A DNA stretch of 64,000 nucleotides from Patescibacteria group bacterium (lineage in GTDB: Bacteria; Patescibacteriota; Patescibacteriia; SG8-24; DYFX01). The stretch spans positions 28,129 through 92,128 of the forward strand of contig JBAZZB010000004.1 of the NCBI GenBank assembly GCA_041659045.1. The letters run 5' to 3'. Position 1 is the stretch's first letter. Every line of letters begins with the position of its first letter. The notes under the pieces were generated by a model that saw only the letters and a list, made by a program, of their open reading frames with translations, made no database searches and was not told the origin of the DNA. Shown here in pieces: positions 24,449-32,304 of the stretch. Position numbers and translations under genes: made by a program.

Positions 24449-26161
24449 ATGTATTTGATTGAAGAACTGAAAGCCTCGCTTGCGAAGGCGCTTTCGAAGG
24501 CGACGGCTGAAGATATCACGGCAGATGCTCTGGAATACCCCGAGCTGTCCGAAAACGGTGACCTCGCGTTTCCGTGCTTTTCATTAGCAAAAAAACTGAA
24601 GTCCGCTCCGCCGAAGATCGCCACAGACCTCACGGCAGAAGTAAAACTTCCGGAGGGTTTCGAGCGTGTCGAAGCCAAGGGGCCGTATCTCAACTTTTTC
24701 TTTGACCGCTCCTCACTCGTTGAAGAGGTGGCCTCTGCCGTTCTCAAAGCCGGCGAAGCCTATGGCGACCGCAAGGGTGATCATGAAAAAGTCATGGTCG
24801 AATACATCAGCCCGAACAACAACAAGCCATTGCACCTTGGCCACGTGCGTAATGGCTTAGTTGGCGAGTCACTTTCGAATCTCTACGAATCGCAGGGAAA
24901 GAAAGTCACGCGCGCACTGCTCTTGAACGACCGCGGTCTCGCAATTGCCAAAGCCATGGTCGCCTACATGAAGTGGGGGAATGATGCGACGCCAGACACG
25001 CTCGGCAAAAAGGGCGATCACTATCTCGGCGACCTGTACGTCCTGTACGAACAGGAGGCGAAAAAGGACGAGAATTTGGAAAAAGCGGCCCACGAAATCA
25101 TTCGCAAGTGGGAAGCCGGCGACGCTGAGACGCGCGCTCTTTGGAAAACCATGAGCACCTGGTGCGAGGCCGGACAGCACGACACCTACAAACGCTTCGG
25201 CTTCCGTTTTGACGTCGAGTACAAGGAGTCGGAAATCTATCAAGAAGGAAAAGACATCGTCGAACTCGGTTTGAAAAAAGGCGTCTTCAAAAAAGACGAA
25301 ACAGGCGCCGTCTTCGCCGATCTTGAAGAGTACAAACTGCCGAACAAAATCGTGCTTCGGTCCGACGGCACCTCGCTCTACATCACGCAGGATCTCTACC
25401 TCGCCAAAAAGAAATTTGATGAGGAAGGAATCGATGCGTCGGTCTACGTTGTCGGCAACGAACAGAATTTGCACTTCCAGCAACTCTTCAAAATTTTGGA
25501 GCTGCTCGGTTTTGAGTGGGCGAGCAGGGCGAAACATCTTTCTTACGGCTACGTCACGTTGCCCGAAGGCCGCATGAAGTCGCGCGAAGGCACCGTCGTC
25601 GATGCGGACGACTTGCTTTCCGCGCTCGAAACGGACGCGGCGATGGAAATCAAGCAGCGCCACGCGACGTTGCCTGACGACGAGGTTGTCCGCCGTGCGC
25701 ACTCCGTTGCACTGGCCGCCGTGAAGTTTTATTTCCTCGAAGTCGATATTTCTTCGGACATGGTCTACGACCCGAAAGCCTCGCTTTCGTTCACGGGCAA
25801 GACGGGCCCGTATCTCCAGTACATGCACGCCCGCATCCAGTCGCTCATCAAGAAGGCTGAGTTGGAATCAAAGCCTGAGGGCGAAGGGCGCAATCTTGCC
25901 TCAGAGGAGTTCGCGCTGGCCTTCACGCTCGCGCGTTTCCCAGAGGCCGTCCATCGCGCCGCTGAACAGGACCGCCCATCGCTTGTGGCCGCCCATGTCT
26001 ACGAGACAGCCAAGGCGATCGCCGCGCTTTACGAGAATGCCCCCGTGCTTTCGGCCTCAAAAGAGGATCGCAAAGCACGTTTGAGCTTGCTTGAAGCCTC
26101 CGCCGTCGTCTTGAAACGGGGGACGGAACTCCTAGGTTTCTCGGTTCCTGATGAAATGTAG
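24449..26161 (+). CDS. argS: arginine--tRNA ligase
   Basis: PLHLGHVRN HIGH-type motif, roughly 570 aa with a C-terminal DALR-like anticodon-binding region. An alternative TTG start at 24440 overlaps the tyrS stop. Confidence 0.85.
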   Translation: MYLIEELKASLAKALSKATAEDITADALEYPELSENGDLAFPCFSLAKKLKSAPPKIATDLTAEVKLPEGFERVEAKGPYLNFFFDRSSLVEEVASAVLKAGEAYGDRKGDHEKVMVEYISPNNNKPLHLGHVRNGLVGESLSNLYESQGKKVTRALLLNDRGLAIAKAMVAYMKWGNDATPDTLGKKGDHYLGDLYVLYEQEAKKDENLEKAAHEIIRKWEAGDAETRALWKTMSTWCEAGQHDTYKRFGFRFDVEYKESEIYQEGKDIVELGLKKGVFKKDETGAVFADLEEYKLPNKIVLRSDGTSLYITQDLYLAKKKFDEEGIDASVYVVGNEQNLHFQQLFKILELLGFEWASRAKHLSYGYVTLPEGRMKSREGTVVDADDLLSALETDAAMEIKQRHATLPDDEVVRRAHSVALAAVKFYFLEVDISSDMVYDPKASLSFTGKTGPYLQYMHARIQSLIKKAELESKPEGEGRNLASEEFALAFTLARFPEAVHRAAEQDRPSLVAAHVYETAKAIAALYENAPVLSASKEDRKARLSLLEASAVVLKRGTELLGFSVPDEM

Positions 26162-26177
26162 ACAACGATATTGTTCA

Positions 26178-26210
26178 TCCCCTGAGGGCACTTTGCCCTC
26201 ATTTTTTTTA
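26178..26210 (+). terminator. Rho-independent terminator (tgagggcactttgccctca + T8)
   Basis: Perfect 7-bp stem and a long T-run. Confidence 0.7.
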
Positions 26211-26272
26211 CGGGGTACAATGGGGAAAGAAATTCACAGCCTGCTACAGGCGTTAACTATTTTCGTGGAGGT

Positions 26273-26734
26273 ATGTTCAAGAATGAACGGGACGTGGCCG
26301 CGGCAAACGAAACCGAAACCGTCATCGCGCCGTCCGTGCGCGTCGAAGGCGACTTCGTCAGCGAAGGTAACGTGCGCATTGAGGGCATGGTGACCGGTTC
26401 GATTGCTACGGAGCGCGACCTGATCGTCGGCGAAGCCGCCAAGATCACCGCGAACGTCCAGGCCCGCAACGGCACCATTGCCGGCGAGCTCCATGGCAAC
26501 CTCCGCGTCTTCGATCGCCTCGAACTTTCCTCGACCGCTCGCGTCTACGGTGACATCCAGGCGAAAGTCTTGTCGGTCGCTCCGGGCGCCGTCATGCGCG
26601 GACAGCTTGTGATCGGCATGGACGTCCAGCCGGTGAACAAGAAAGAAGAAATCATGGAAGAGCGGGCAGAAGGCGCAATGCGCCCCGTGCGCTCGGCTCG
26701 CGAGAAGAAGATCGAGGAAATCCTCCAGCAATAA
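26273..26734 (+). CDS. bactofilin-family cytoskeletal protein
   Basis: Repetitive beta-helical G-x-V/I-x-G pattern (VEGDFVSEGNVRIEGMVTGSI...RVYGDIQAKV) typical of DUF583/bactofilin. Confidence 0.7.
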   Translation: MFKNERDVAAANETETVIAPSVRVEGDFVSEGNVRIEGMVTGSIATERDLIVGEAAKITANVQARNGTIAGELHGNLRVFDRLELSSTARVYGDIQAKVLSVAPGAVMRGQLVIGMDVQPVNKKEEIMEERAEGAMRPVRSAREKKIEEILQQ

Positions 26735-26749
26735 TCAGCAGACAGCAGG

Positions 26750-27529
26750 ATGTACGCCTACGTCTACGACAGCTTCGTCACCGACAAGCGTCACGAGCGC
26801 GTCCTTTCGCGCGTCGAGACGCGTTTGACGGACCTCGGCATCAGCGGGCGCATCGAGCGCCTGACGATGTTCAAGAACATCGGCGAGATCGTGGCGGACG
26901 CTGCGGAGCAAGGTTGCGAAACGATTGTTGCCGTCGGTAACGACGAAACGATCGGCCGCCTGATCGACGCGGTGGGAGAGCACGAGATGGCCTTCGGCGT
27001 CATTCCGATCGGCGACGGACCGCACAACATCGCTAGTCTTCTCGGCGTCGAGGAAGGTGTCGAAGCCTGTAATATCCTGTCTCGCCGCGTGCTCCACACG
27101 GTCGACCTCGGACGCATCAACGGACACTATTTCCTGTCCTCGGTGCGCATCCCGCGCACGCGCGCCGCGATCTCTTGCAACGGCCAGTACAGCGTCATTC
27201 CGACGGAAGACAACGAGGTACAGGTCTGCAACCTCGCACCGATGACGATGACGGCGGAAGGGGAGCAGACGATCAGTTCTCCGCGCGACGGTTTTCTCGA
27301 AACGGTTTTCCAGCCGTCGCCGCGTCGCGGGTTCTTCTCAAACCTCTTCCGCAAAGTCGAGGCACCCGTCGCGCCGACCATCGTCCCGGTCCGCAAACTC
27401 ACGGTGCGCCACACGCAACCCGTTACCGTCATTCGCGACGGCCAACGTCTCTCATCGAGCGTTCTCGATATTGAGATCCTCCCGGACCGGTTGAAAGTCA
27501 TCACAGGCAAGACGAGAAAATTTGAATGA
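26750..27529 (+). CDS. diacylglycerol-kinase-catalytic-domain (YegS/BmrU-like) lipid kinase family protein
   Basis: IVAVGNDETIGRLIDAV resembles the DAGK_cat nucleotide-binding motif. 259 aa. Confidence 0.55.
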   Translation: MYAYVYDSFVTDKRHERVLSRVETRLTDLGISGRIERLTMFKNIGEIVADAAEQGCETIVAVGNDETIGRLIDAVGEHEMAFGVIPIGDGPHNIASLLGVEEGVEACNILSRRVLHTVDLGRINGHYFLSSVRIPRTRAAISCNGQYSVIPTEDNEVQVCNLAPMTMTAEGEQTISSPRDGFLETVFQPSPRRGFFSNLFRKVEAPVAPTIVPVRKLTVRHTQPVTVIRDGQRLSSSVLDIEILPDRLKVITGKTRKFE

Positions 27530-27532
27530 CAA

Positions 27533-27558
27533 AAGACCCAGGTATTACCTGGGTCTTT
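27533..27558. terminator. bidirectional terminator (aagacccaggtattacctgggtctt)
   Basis: Perfect 10-bp stem between the + CDS and the minus-strand tRNA. Confidence 0.7.
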
Positions 27559-27560
27559 TG

Positions 27561-27647
27561 TGGTGCGGTCGGAGAGACTTGAACTCTCAAGCCCTTGCGG
27601 GCGCTACCACCTCAAGGTAGTGCGTCTGCCAATTTCGCCACGACCGC
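27561..27647 (-). tRNA. tRNA-Leu (anticodon GAG), long variable arm
   Basis: Reverse complement GCGGTCG-TG-GCGA-AATTGGCAGA-CGC-A-CTACC-TTGAGGT-GGTAG-CGCCCGCAAGGGC-TTGAG-AGTTCAAGTCTCT..CGACCGC-A-CCA. Confidence 0.8.
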
Positions 27648-27709
27648 TCTCTTGGGAACGGGGGTACTATATGCCGCCCCGGCAGCTTTGGCAAGGCCAC
27701 CCTCTAATC

Positions 27710-27745
27710 TTGACAAAACAGCCTTTTTATGCTATATTTTCCAGT
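27710..27745 (+). promoter_or_regulatory. strong sigma70-like promoter (TTGACA-17-TATATT) with roughly 85-nt leader
   Basis: ttgacaaaacagcctttttatgctatatt; downstream ATG at 27826 with RBS ggaggt. Confidence 0.55.
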
Positions 27746-27825
27746 CATGTTGGACCCTCTTTCAGGGCAGCTGGCGCTTACGGCAGGAAACAGCCACCAC
27801 CTTCTCCTCAGACCTGGAGGTCGTC

Positions 27826-28329
27826 ATGTCTCTCGATCACCCGCTCGTTTGCGTCGGCCCTGACATCACCGTGACCGTCGGAGACGGTATCACGGCTCGA
27901 CAGATCCAGCTCATGCTGCGCCGCATCTACCATGGTGGCGTCAACTGCTACGGCTGGACACCGGAGGAACTCCCCTTCAGGGACAAGTCGATCAAGTTCG
28001 TTCGTTGCATCCGTCACGGGTTCGCGGCTTCCCTGAACCGGCCGATGGCCTCCGAGGTGATGAAGCACTTGCGGGACGCCGTCGAACCCATGACCTACGA
28101 GATCGGTTTGCGCTGGTTCCTGACCGCGCCTGGCTTGCACGTGTCCAGCCTCGGCGGTCTTCCGATCTACGTCCTGCCGAAAGTGCCCATTGTCAAGGAC
28201 GGCAAGCCGTACGCGCTAGTCTTCAAGCGCGGACCCGAGACACCCATCATCTGCCTCGTGGCGATCGATCCGGAACAGGAGTTTCCGCACGGTGACTTCC
28301 TGTACCCGTTGTGGCTCGACATGGACTAG
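27826..28329 (+). CDS. hypothetical protein
   Basis: 167 aa from ATG 27826 with RBS. The longer 27595 ORF would read through the tRNA-Leu. Confidence 0.55.
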   Translation: MSLDHPLVCVGPDITVTVGDGITARQIQLMLRRIYHGGVNCYGWTPEELPFRDKSIKFVRCIRHGFAASLNRPMASEVMKHLRDAVEPMTYEIGLRWFLTAPGLHVSSLGGLPIYVLPKVPIVKDGKPYALVFKRGPETPIICLVAIDPEQEFPHGDFLYPLWLDMD

Positions 28330-28426
28330 ATCGATCGTCACGACCGCTCGCGCATCCGCGCGGCAAAGAGCGCCACTCGCTCCTGCCGTCCGGGTGCGCT
28401 CTTTGTTTTCAAAAATTTTGAAAATC

Positions 28427-28452
28427 AAAACGTCCCTTGCGGGACGTTTTGA
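28427..28452. terminator. bidirectional terminator (aaaacgtcccttgcgggacgtttt)
   Basis: Perfect 10-bp stem with flanking A/T runs, between convergent genes. A second hairpin lies at roughly 28370-28418. Confidence 0.7.
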
Positions 28453-28461
28453 GAGTGCCAT

Positions 28462-28725
28462 TTACTGGCGCTCCGGGCGAGGCTGGGCTTCGTTCAGGGC
28501 GACGGGACGACCGACAATTTCCTTGCCGTTCATCTCAGCGATCGCCGCGGCGGCCTCCTCAGCGGAGGACATCTCGACGAAGCCGAAACCGCGCTTGCGG
28601 CCGGTCATACGGTCGACCGGGATGAACACGGAAACGACCGTACCGAACGGGCTGAAGGCTGCCTTGAGGTCATCCTCGGTGGCCTGAAAAGACAGGCTGC
28701 CGACGAAGATTTTGGCGCTGGCCAT
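28462..28725 (-). CDS. RRM-domain RNA-binding protein
   Basis: 87 aa. RNP2 KIFVGSLSF and RNP1 KRGFGFVEM are canonical RRM motifs. It is preceded on the minus strand by a roughly 150-nt leader. Confidence 0.8.
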   Translation of the reverse strand: MASAKIFVGSLSFQATEDDLKAAFSPFGTVVSVFIPVDRMTGRKRGFGFVEMSSAEEAAAAIAEMNGKEIVGRPVALNEAQPRPERQ

Positions 28726-29021
28726 ACTTGCGTTGGGCTTAGCGGGTGAGTTACAAAGGTTCGTAAACCTTTCACTCGTCTTTCGCACTGCGAGCTGGGT
28801 ATGGCTATCGCCGACCTCGTTCCTCGTGCTACGTACGCGTGTAAGGATAAGGTACACGAACCGGGGTAATTTGTCAATGAAAGCACCCTTGCCTGTCAAA
28901 CGCTCTGCAGGTAGGCTGAGGTAGCCCGTAACATCCGAGCCGCAGGCGAGGAAGAGGAGCGGCCGACAAGCGAGAGGGAGCGCAGAACCGCGCGACCGGC
29001 AGCTTGTCGGGTAAGCGACGA

Positions 29022-29101
29022 GGGCGCTTAGCTCAGTTGGTTAGAGCGACTCGCCCGGCATACGCCGGGCGCCCCGCGCATGCGGGGCGTTTACACCGAG
29101 T
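29022..29101 (+). pseudogene. disrupted tRNA-Val(TAC) 5' portion (positions 1-31, 36-nt palindromic insertion, then anticodon loop/stem 32-43)
   Basis: 29022-29053 is identical to the first 32 nt of the intact tRNA-Val at 29372. The insert is cccggcatacgccgggcgccccgcgcatgcggggcg. Then tttacaccgagt follows. Confidence 0.6.
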
Positions 29102-29136
29102 TGACAGAAAGTGGTGGTTTCCGTTCGACTCGCCTC

Positions 29137-29394
29137 ATGCATTATGTTTATGTGCTATGGAGCAAGAAGGATGGACGACGCTACGTCGGTTCCACCTCCG
29201 ATTTGCGAAGAAGATTTCGTGAACACACACTTGGTCGTGTTACCTCGACGAGACATCGACGCCCTCTCACACTACTTTGTTACGAAGCCTATCAGTCAAA
29301 GAATATTGCGTGTGCGAGAGAGCGGTATCTAAAAAGCAGCGACGGTCACAAGGATTTAAATAGGAGGTTTGGGGCGCTTAGCTCAGTTGGTTAG
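29137..29394 (+). CDS. GIY-YIG nuclease family protein (UPF0213/YhbQ-like)
   Basis: MHYVYVLWSKKDGRRYVGSTSDLRRRFREH...RRPLTLLCYEAYQS...ARERYLKS is the GIY-YIG core. The ORF frame extends 5' into the tRNA fragment, and the stop TAG lies inside the D-loop of the downstream tRNA. Confidence 0.7.
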   Translation: MHYVYVLWSKKDGRRYVGSTSDLRRRFREHTLGRVTSTRHRRPLTLLCYEAYQSKNIACARERYLKSSDGHKDLNRRFGALSSVG

Positions 29395-29448
29395 AGCGAC
29401 TCGTTTACACCGAGTAGGTCGTGGGTTCGAATCCTACAGCGCCCACCA
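29372..29448 (+). tRNA. tRNA-Val (anticodon TAC), intact copy
   Basis: GGGCGCT-TA-GCTC-AGTTGGTTA-GAGC-G-ACTCG-TTTACAC-CGAGT-AGGTC-GTGGG-TTCGAAT-CCTAC-AGCGCCC-A-CCA. Confidence 0.85.
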
Positions 29449-29472
29449 AAGAAAAAATGACACAGATGGATT

Positions 29473-29511
29473 TGCCCCGCGCATGCCGGGCGAATCCTAC
29501 AGCGCCCACCA
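29473..29511 (+). repeat. direct-repeat copy (tgccccgcgcatgccgggcg, matching 29070-29089) fused to a tRNA-Val 3' fragment (cgaatcctacagcgcccacca)
   Basis: 18 of 20 identical to the palindromic insert in the 5' fragment. The 3' fragment is identical to the T-arm/acceptor/CCA of the intact tRNA. Confidence 0.55.
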
Positions 29512-29688
29512 AAAGACGGTCCGAGAGGGTCGTTTTTTGTTTTGTGAAGCATCTTGACGTGACTCATCTTTTTTGCTACTTTATCTCGTCGTCGAGAGAT
29601 CGGCGCTTTCGGGGCAAACGTGCTCCGAATCGGCAAGGCGGGCGGTTCGTTTTGCCGAAAACCCAAAACCGCAACGTTGGAGGCTACG

Positions 29689-30534
29689 ATGGGTTACACC
29701 CTGGAGCAGACGGTGATCGAGATGGGGCAGGAGCAGAAGCGCCTGATCCCGGTCGAGGACGGCAAGTGGGTCGTGCCGCATGTCGGCACCGGCCACTCGT
29801 CCGATGAGGAGTGGGATGACGATCACACGCCCGTGTCCAGCGAGCGCACCACGCTCGACTACACGGTCATCGGGCCTGAGCCGGCCCGGCACGTGCTCAA
29901 CCGTGTCGGTTGGAACAACCACTACCACGGTGGGAAGAGCTCCCGCAGCTCGTGCAGCAACGCCCTCATCGGCGACCAGCCGTTCGGAGCGATCCTCACC
30001 GAGAAGGAGAACGGTCGCGAGCGCTTCGGCATGCTCTTCGTCTGCGCTCGCCAGGTCCACAAGGGTGAGCTCGGGCAGCGTCCGGTGATCAACCGTCCGC
30101 GGTTCGCGCGTGAAGCTCCTGTGAGCGATGCGGTCATGTCGACGCGAACGGATCGCCCGATCCCTCGGCGCGATCGTCGTCGCGGTCATGTCGGCTGGGC
30201 CCGCCTGGCGGATGTCGCCGCGCTGCTCGGCATGGACACGAAGGAGCTCGTCCTTCGGTACGTGCGCTTCGCCCACGCGGAGCACGCCATTCTCGACGTG
30301 CGCTTCGTGGAGGGCTTCGATGAGATCCACCGCAAGCCGGCGCGTGCGCCCGAGCGCTTCAGCGCGTACGCGCTCGAGAAGCTCTTCGCGCGCGATCTGA
30401 GCACGGCCTGGATCCGCAAAGGCTTCGCCTGCACGGCGCTGTACCTGCACCACCTCGGGCACATTCCGGAGCCGCACGTGAACGCGCCGCCGCGCGTGGA
30501 GATCCACAGCGACGCGGTTGCCGTCAGCCAGTAG
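29689..30534 (+). CDS. hypothetical protein (GC-rich gene)
   Basis: 281 aa from ATG 29689 with RBS ggaggc. Very high GC3. The antisense ORF 29581..30564 is an Arg-rich shadow. Confidence 0.55.
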   Translation: MGYTLEQTVIEMGQEQKRLIPVEDGKWVVPHVGTGHSSDEEWDDDHTPVSSERTTLDYTVIGPEPARHVLNRVGWNNHYHGGKSSRSSCSNALIGDQPFGAILTEKENGRERFGMLFVCARQVHKGELGQRPVINRPRFAREAPVSDAVMSTRTDRPIPRRDRRRGHVGWARLADVAALLGMDTKELVLRYVRFAHAEHAILDVRFVEGFDEIHRKPARAPERFSAYALEKLFARDLSTAWIRKGFACTALYLHHLGHIPEPHVNAPPRVEIHSDAVAVSQ

Positions 30535-30540
30535 TCTACT

Positions 30541-30575
30541 CGCCTCGTGAACCTCATCGTTCACGGGGCCTTTTC
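30541..30575 (+). terminator. Rho-independent terminator (cgtgaacctcatcgttcacg + gggccttttcttttt)
   Basis: 7-bp stem and a T-rich tail. Confidence 0.6.
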
Positions 30576-30580
30576 TTTTT

Positions 30581-30859
30581 ATGGTATACTTTCACTATAT
30601 GATTGGACGTATTCTTGGAGGATTAGCAGGTGCGGCGGTTGGCTTCGTTATGGTTTGGAAGTCGAACTTCTTCGCCGAAACCTTCGGCTCGCTTTCGAGT
30701 TGGGCCGACACGCATCTTGGTGGTATGCGCATGGTCTACAAGATGATCGGTCTTTTGATGATCTTCATCTCGTTCCTCGTTATCACGAATCTGCACTTCA
30801 TCTTCTTCCGCGCCGTTTTCGGAAGCCTGTTCGGAATTCCGGACGAAGCGACGCTTTAG
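30581..30859 (+). CDS. small two-TM membrane protein, hypothetical
   Basis: 92 aa (or 86 aa from ATG 30599), Gly-rich TM helices. Confidence 0.45.
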   Translation: MVYFHYMIGRILGGLAGAAVGFVMVWKSNFFAETFGSLSSWADTHLGGMRMVYKMIGLLMIFISFLVITNLHFIFFRAVFGSLFGIPDEATL

Positions 30860-30860
30860 T

Positions 30861-31412
30861 ATGAACTACCTGCCGACCGGCCGAGCACTCATCGATCCGT
30901 TCAACGCCTTGGCGAAGGCGGGTATTCGCGAAGAGATGCGCGTAGCGGATTTCGGCGTCGGCACGGTTGGTCATTTCCTTTTTCCGGCCGCGAAGCTCGT
31001 TGGCGCGAAAGGGCATGTGTATGGTGTCGACATTTTGAAGTCGGTGATCCAGGCCAACCAGAGCCGTATGAGGAGCGCAGGTTTCGATAACGTCGAGCTC
31101 GTCTGGGGTAACTTCGAACGACCAATGGGTTCGCGTCTCCCCGATGCCTCGATGGACATGGTGCTCATGGTGAACGTCCTGCACGTCGTCGATAAACTAC
31201 CAGCGTTGCAAGAGGCGAAGCGCGTGCTGCATACGGGAGGTATTCTGCTCATCGTCGAGTGGAACCCAGCGGGCGCCGCGCTCGGACCCGCACCTGAGAA
31301 GCGACTTTCAAAGGAGCAAACTTCAGCACTGGGTGCGCAGGCTGGGTATACGGCAACCGGACAATTCGAAGCCGGTCCCCATCACTACGGCGTGGTCCTC
31401 AAAAAACCCTGA
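30861..31412 (+). CDS. class I SAM-dependent methyltransferase
   Basis: Motif I VADFGVGTVG and overall Methyltransf_11/25-like layout. 183 aa. Confidence 0.7.
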   Translation: MNYLPTGRALIDPFNALAKAGIREEMRVADFGVGTVGHFLFPAAKLVGAKGHVYGVDILKSVIQANQSRMRSAGFDNVELVWGNFERPMGSRLPDASMDMVLMVNVLHVVDKLPALQEAKRVLHTGGILLIVEWNPAGAALGPAPEKRLSKEQTSALGAQAGYTATGQFEAGPHHYGVVLKKP

Positions 31413-31479
31413 GCTGCCGCCCACTTGCGTGAACGGCGGCTCTTTGTTTACTCTTTGAACGTAAACGACAATCCCAACT

Positions 31480-31881
31480 ATGCTTCTCCTCTCCTGGTCG
31501 TACTGGTTCAGCCTCCAAGCCCGCGAACTCATGCCGAACGTAAAGCTCGCGCTTCTCGTTCTCTTCGGTGCTCTTGTGGTGTTTGGCCTCGTTGCCGCGC
31601 GCCTCGCTAAGAAGAAGTCCAGCTCGATGCTTGTCGTCGAAGGTGGCAAGCGCTTCGCCTCGTTCGGTCTCTGGATGGGCATCACGGGCCTCATGCTCGT
31701 GTTCTTCACTCACGAGCTCATCTACTTCTTTGCCGCGCGCTTCTGGTATCTCGTCTGGCTCATCGCCGCCGTTTGGTGGCTCATCGCGATCGTCCGTTTC
31801 CTCCTGGTCGTCGTACCGGGGCAGTCGGCGAATCTTGCCGAGAAGGCACGCATCGATAAATGGCTGCCGAAAGGAAAGTAA
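31480..31881 (+). CDS. polytopic membrane protein, hypothetical
   Basis: 133 aa, 3-4 predicted TM helices. Confidence 0.5.
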   Translation: MLLLSWSYWFSLQARELMPNVKLALLVLFGALVVFGLVAARLAKKKSSSMLVVEGGKRFASFGLWMGITGLMLVFFTHELIYFFAARFWYLVWLIAAVWWLIAIVRFLLVVVPGQSANLAEKARIDKWLPKGK

Positions 31882-32222
31882 TCGGCAATCACGGAGAAGA
31901 CCTCGCGGCCGCTTTTCTGCGCTCGCGAGGTTTTCGTATTTTGGAGCGACAAGCGCGGGTGTCGAGAATAGGGGAAATCGATCTTGTCGCGCTTGATGGC
32001 GAAACGCTTGTCTTTGTTGAAGTGAAAACGCGCCACGATGTTTCGTTCGGTTCGCCGGAAGAAGCGGTGACGGCGTCAAAACTCCGCACGCTCGCGGCGT
32101 GTGCGGAGAGCTGGCGTGGCGCGAAGGGGTGGACGGCGCGTCCTTACCGCATTGATGTCATCGCGGTCGACCTCGTCGGCGACAAACCGGTCATTCGGCA
32201 TCTTGAAAGCGTCGGCGGTTGA
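31860..32222 (+). CDS. yraN: YraN-family (UPF0102) endonuclease
   Basis: GE.LAA.FL...GFRILERQAR...GEIDLVALDG.TLVFVEVKTR matches the UPF0102 signature. Confidence 0.75.
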   Translation: MAAERKVIGNHGEDLAAAFLRSRGFRILERQARVSRIGEIDLVALDGETLVFVEVKTRHDVSFGSPEEAVTASKLRTLAACAESWRGAKGWTARPYRIDVIAVDLVGDKPVIRHLESVGG

Positions 32223-32304
32223 CGCCGTGCCCGCAATCTGCTATGCTTCGACCGTTATATGCCAGCCTTTAAAAGAGGTTGGCATTCTTCATACCCAACA
32301 TTTT

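Noticed and set aside
29022-29511. Interpretation of the split tRNA-Val as a group I intron-containing tRNA gene
   Set aside because: The intervening DNA contains a complete second tRNA-Val copy and a protein gene. The downstream exon does not follow the first anticodon loop. Insertion with partial duplication fits better than a self-splicing intron.
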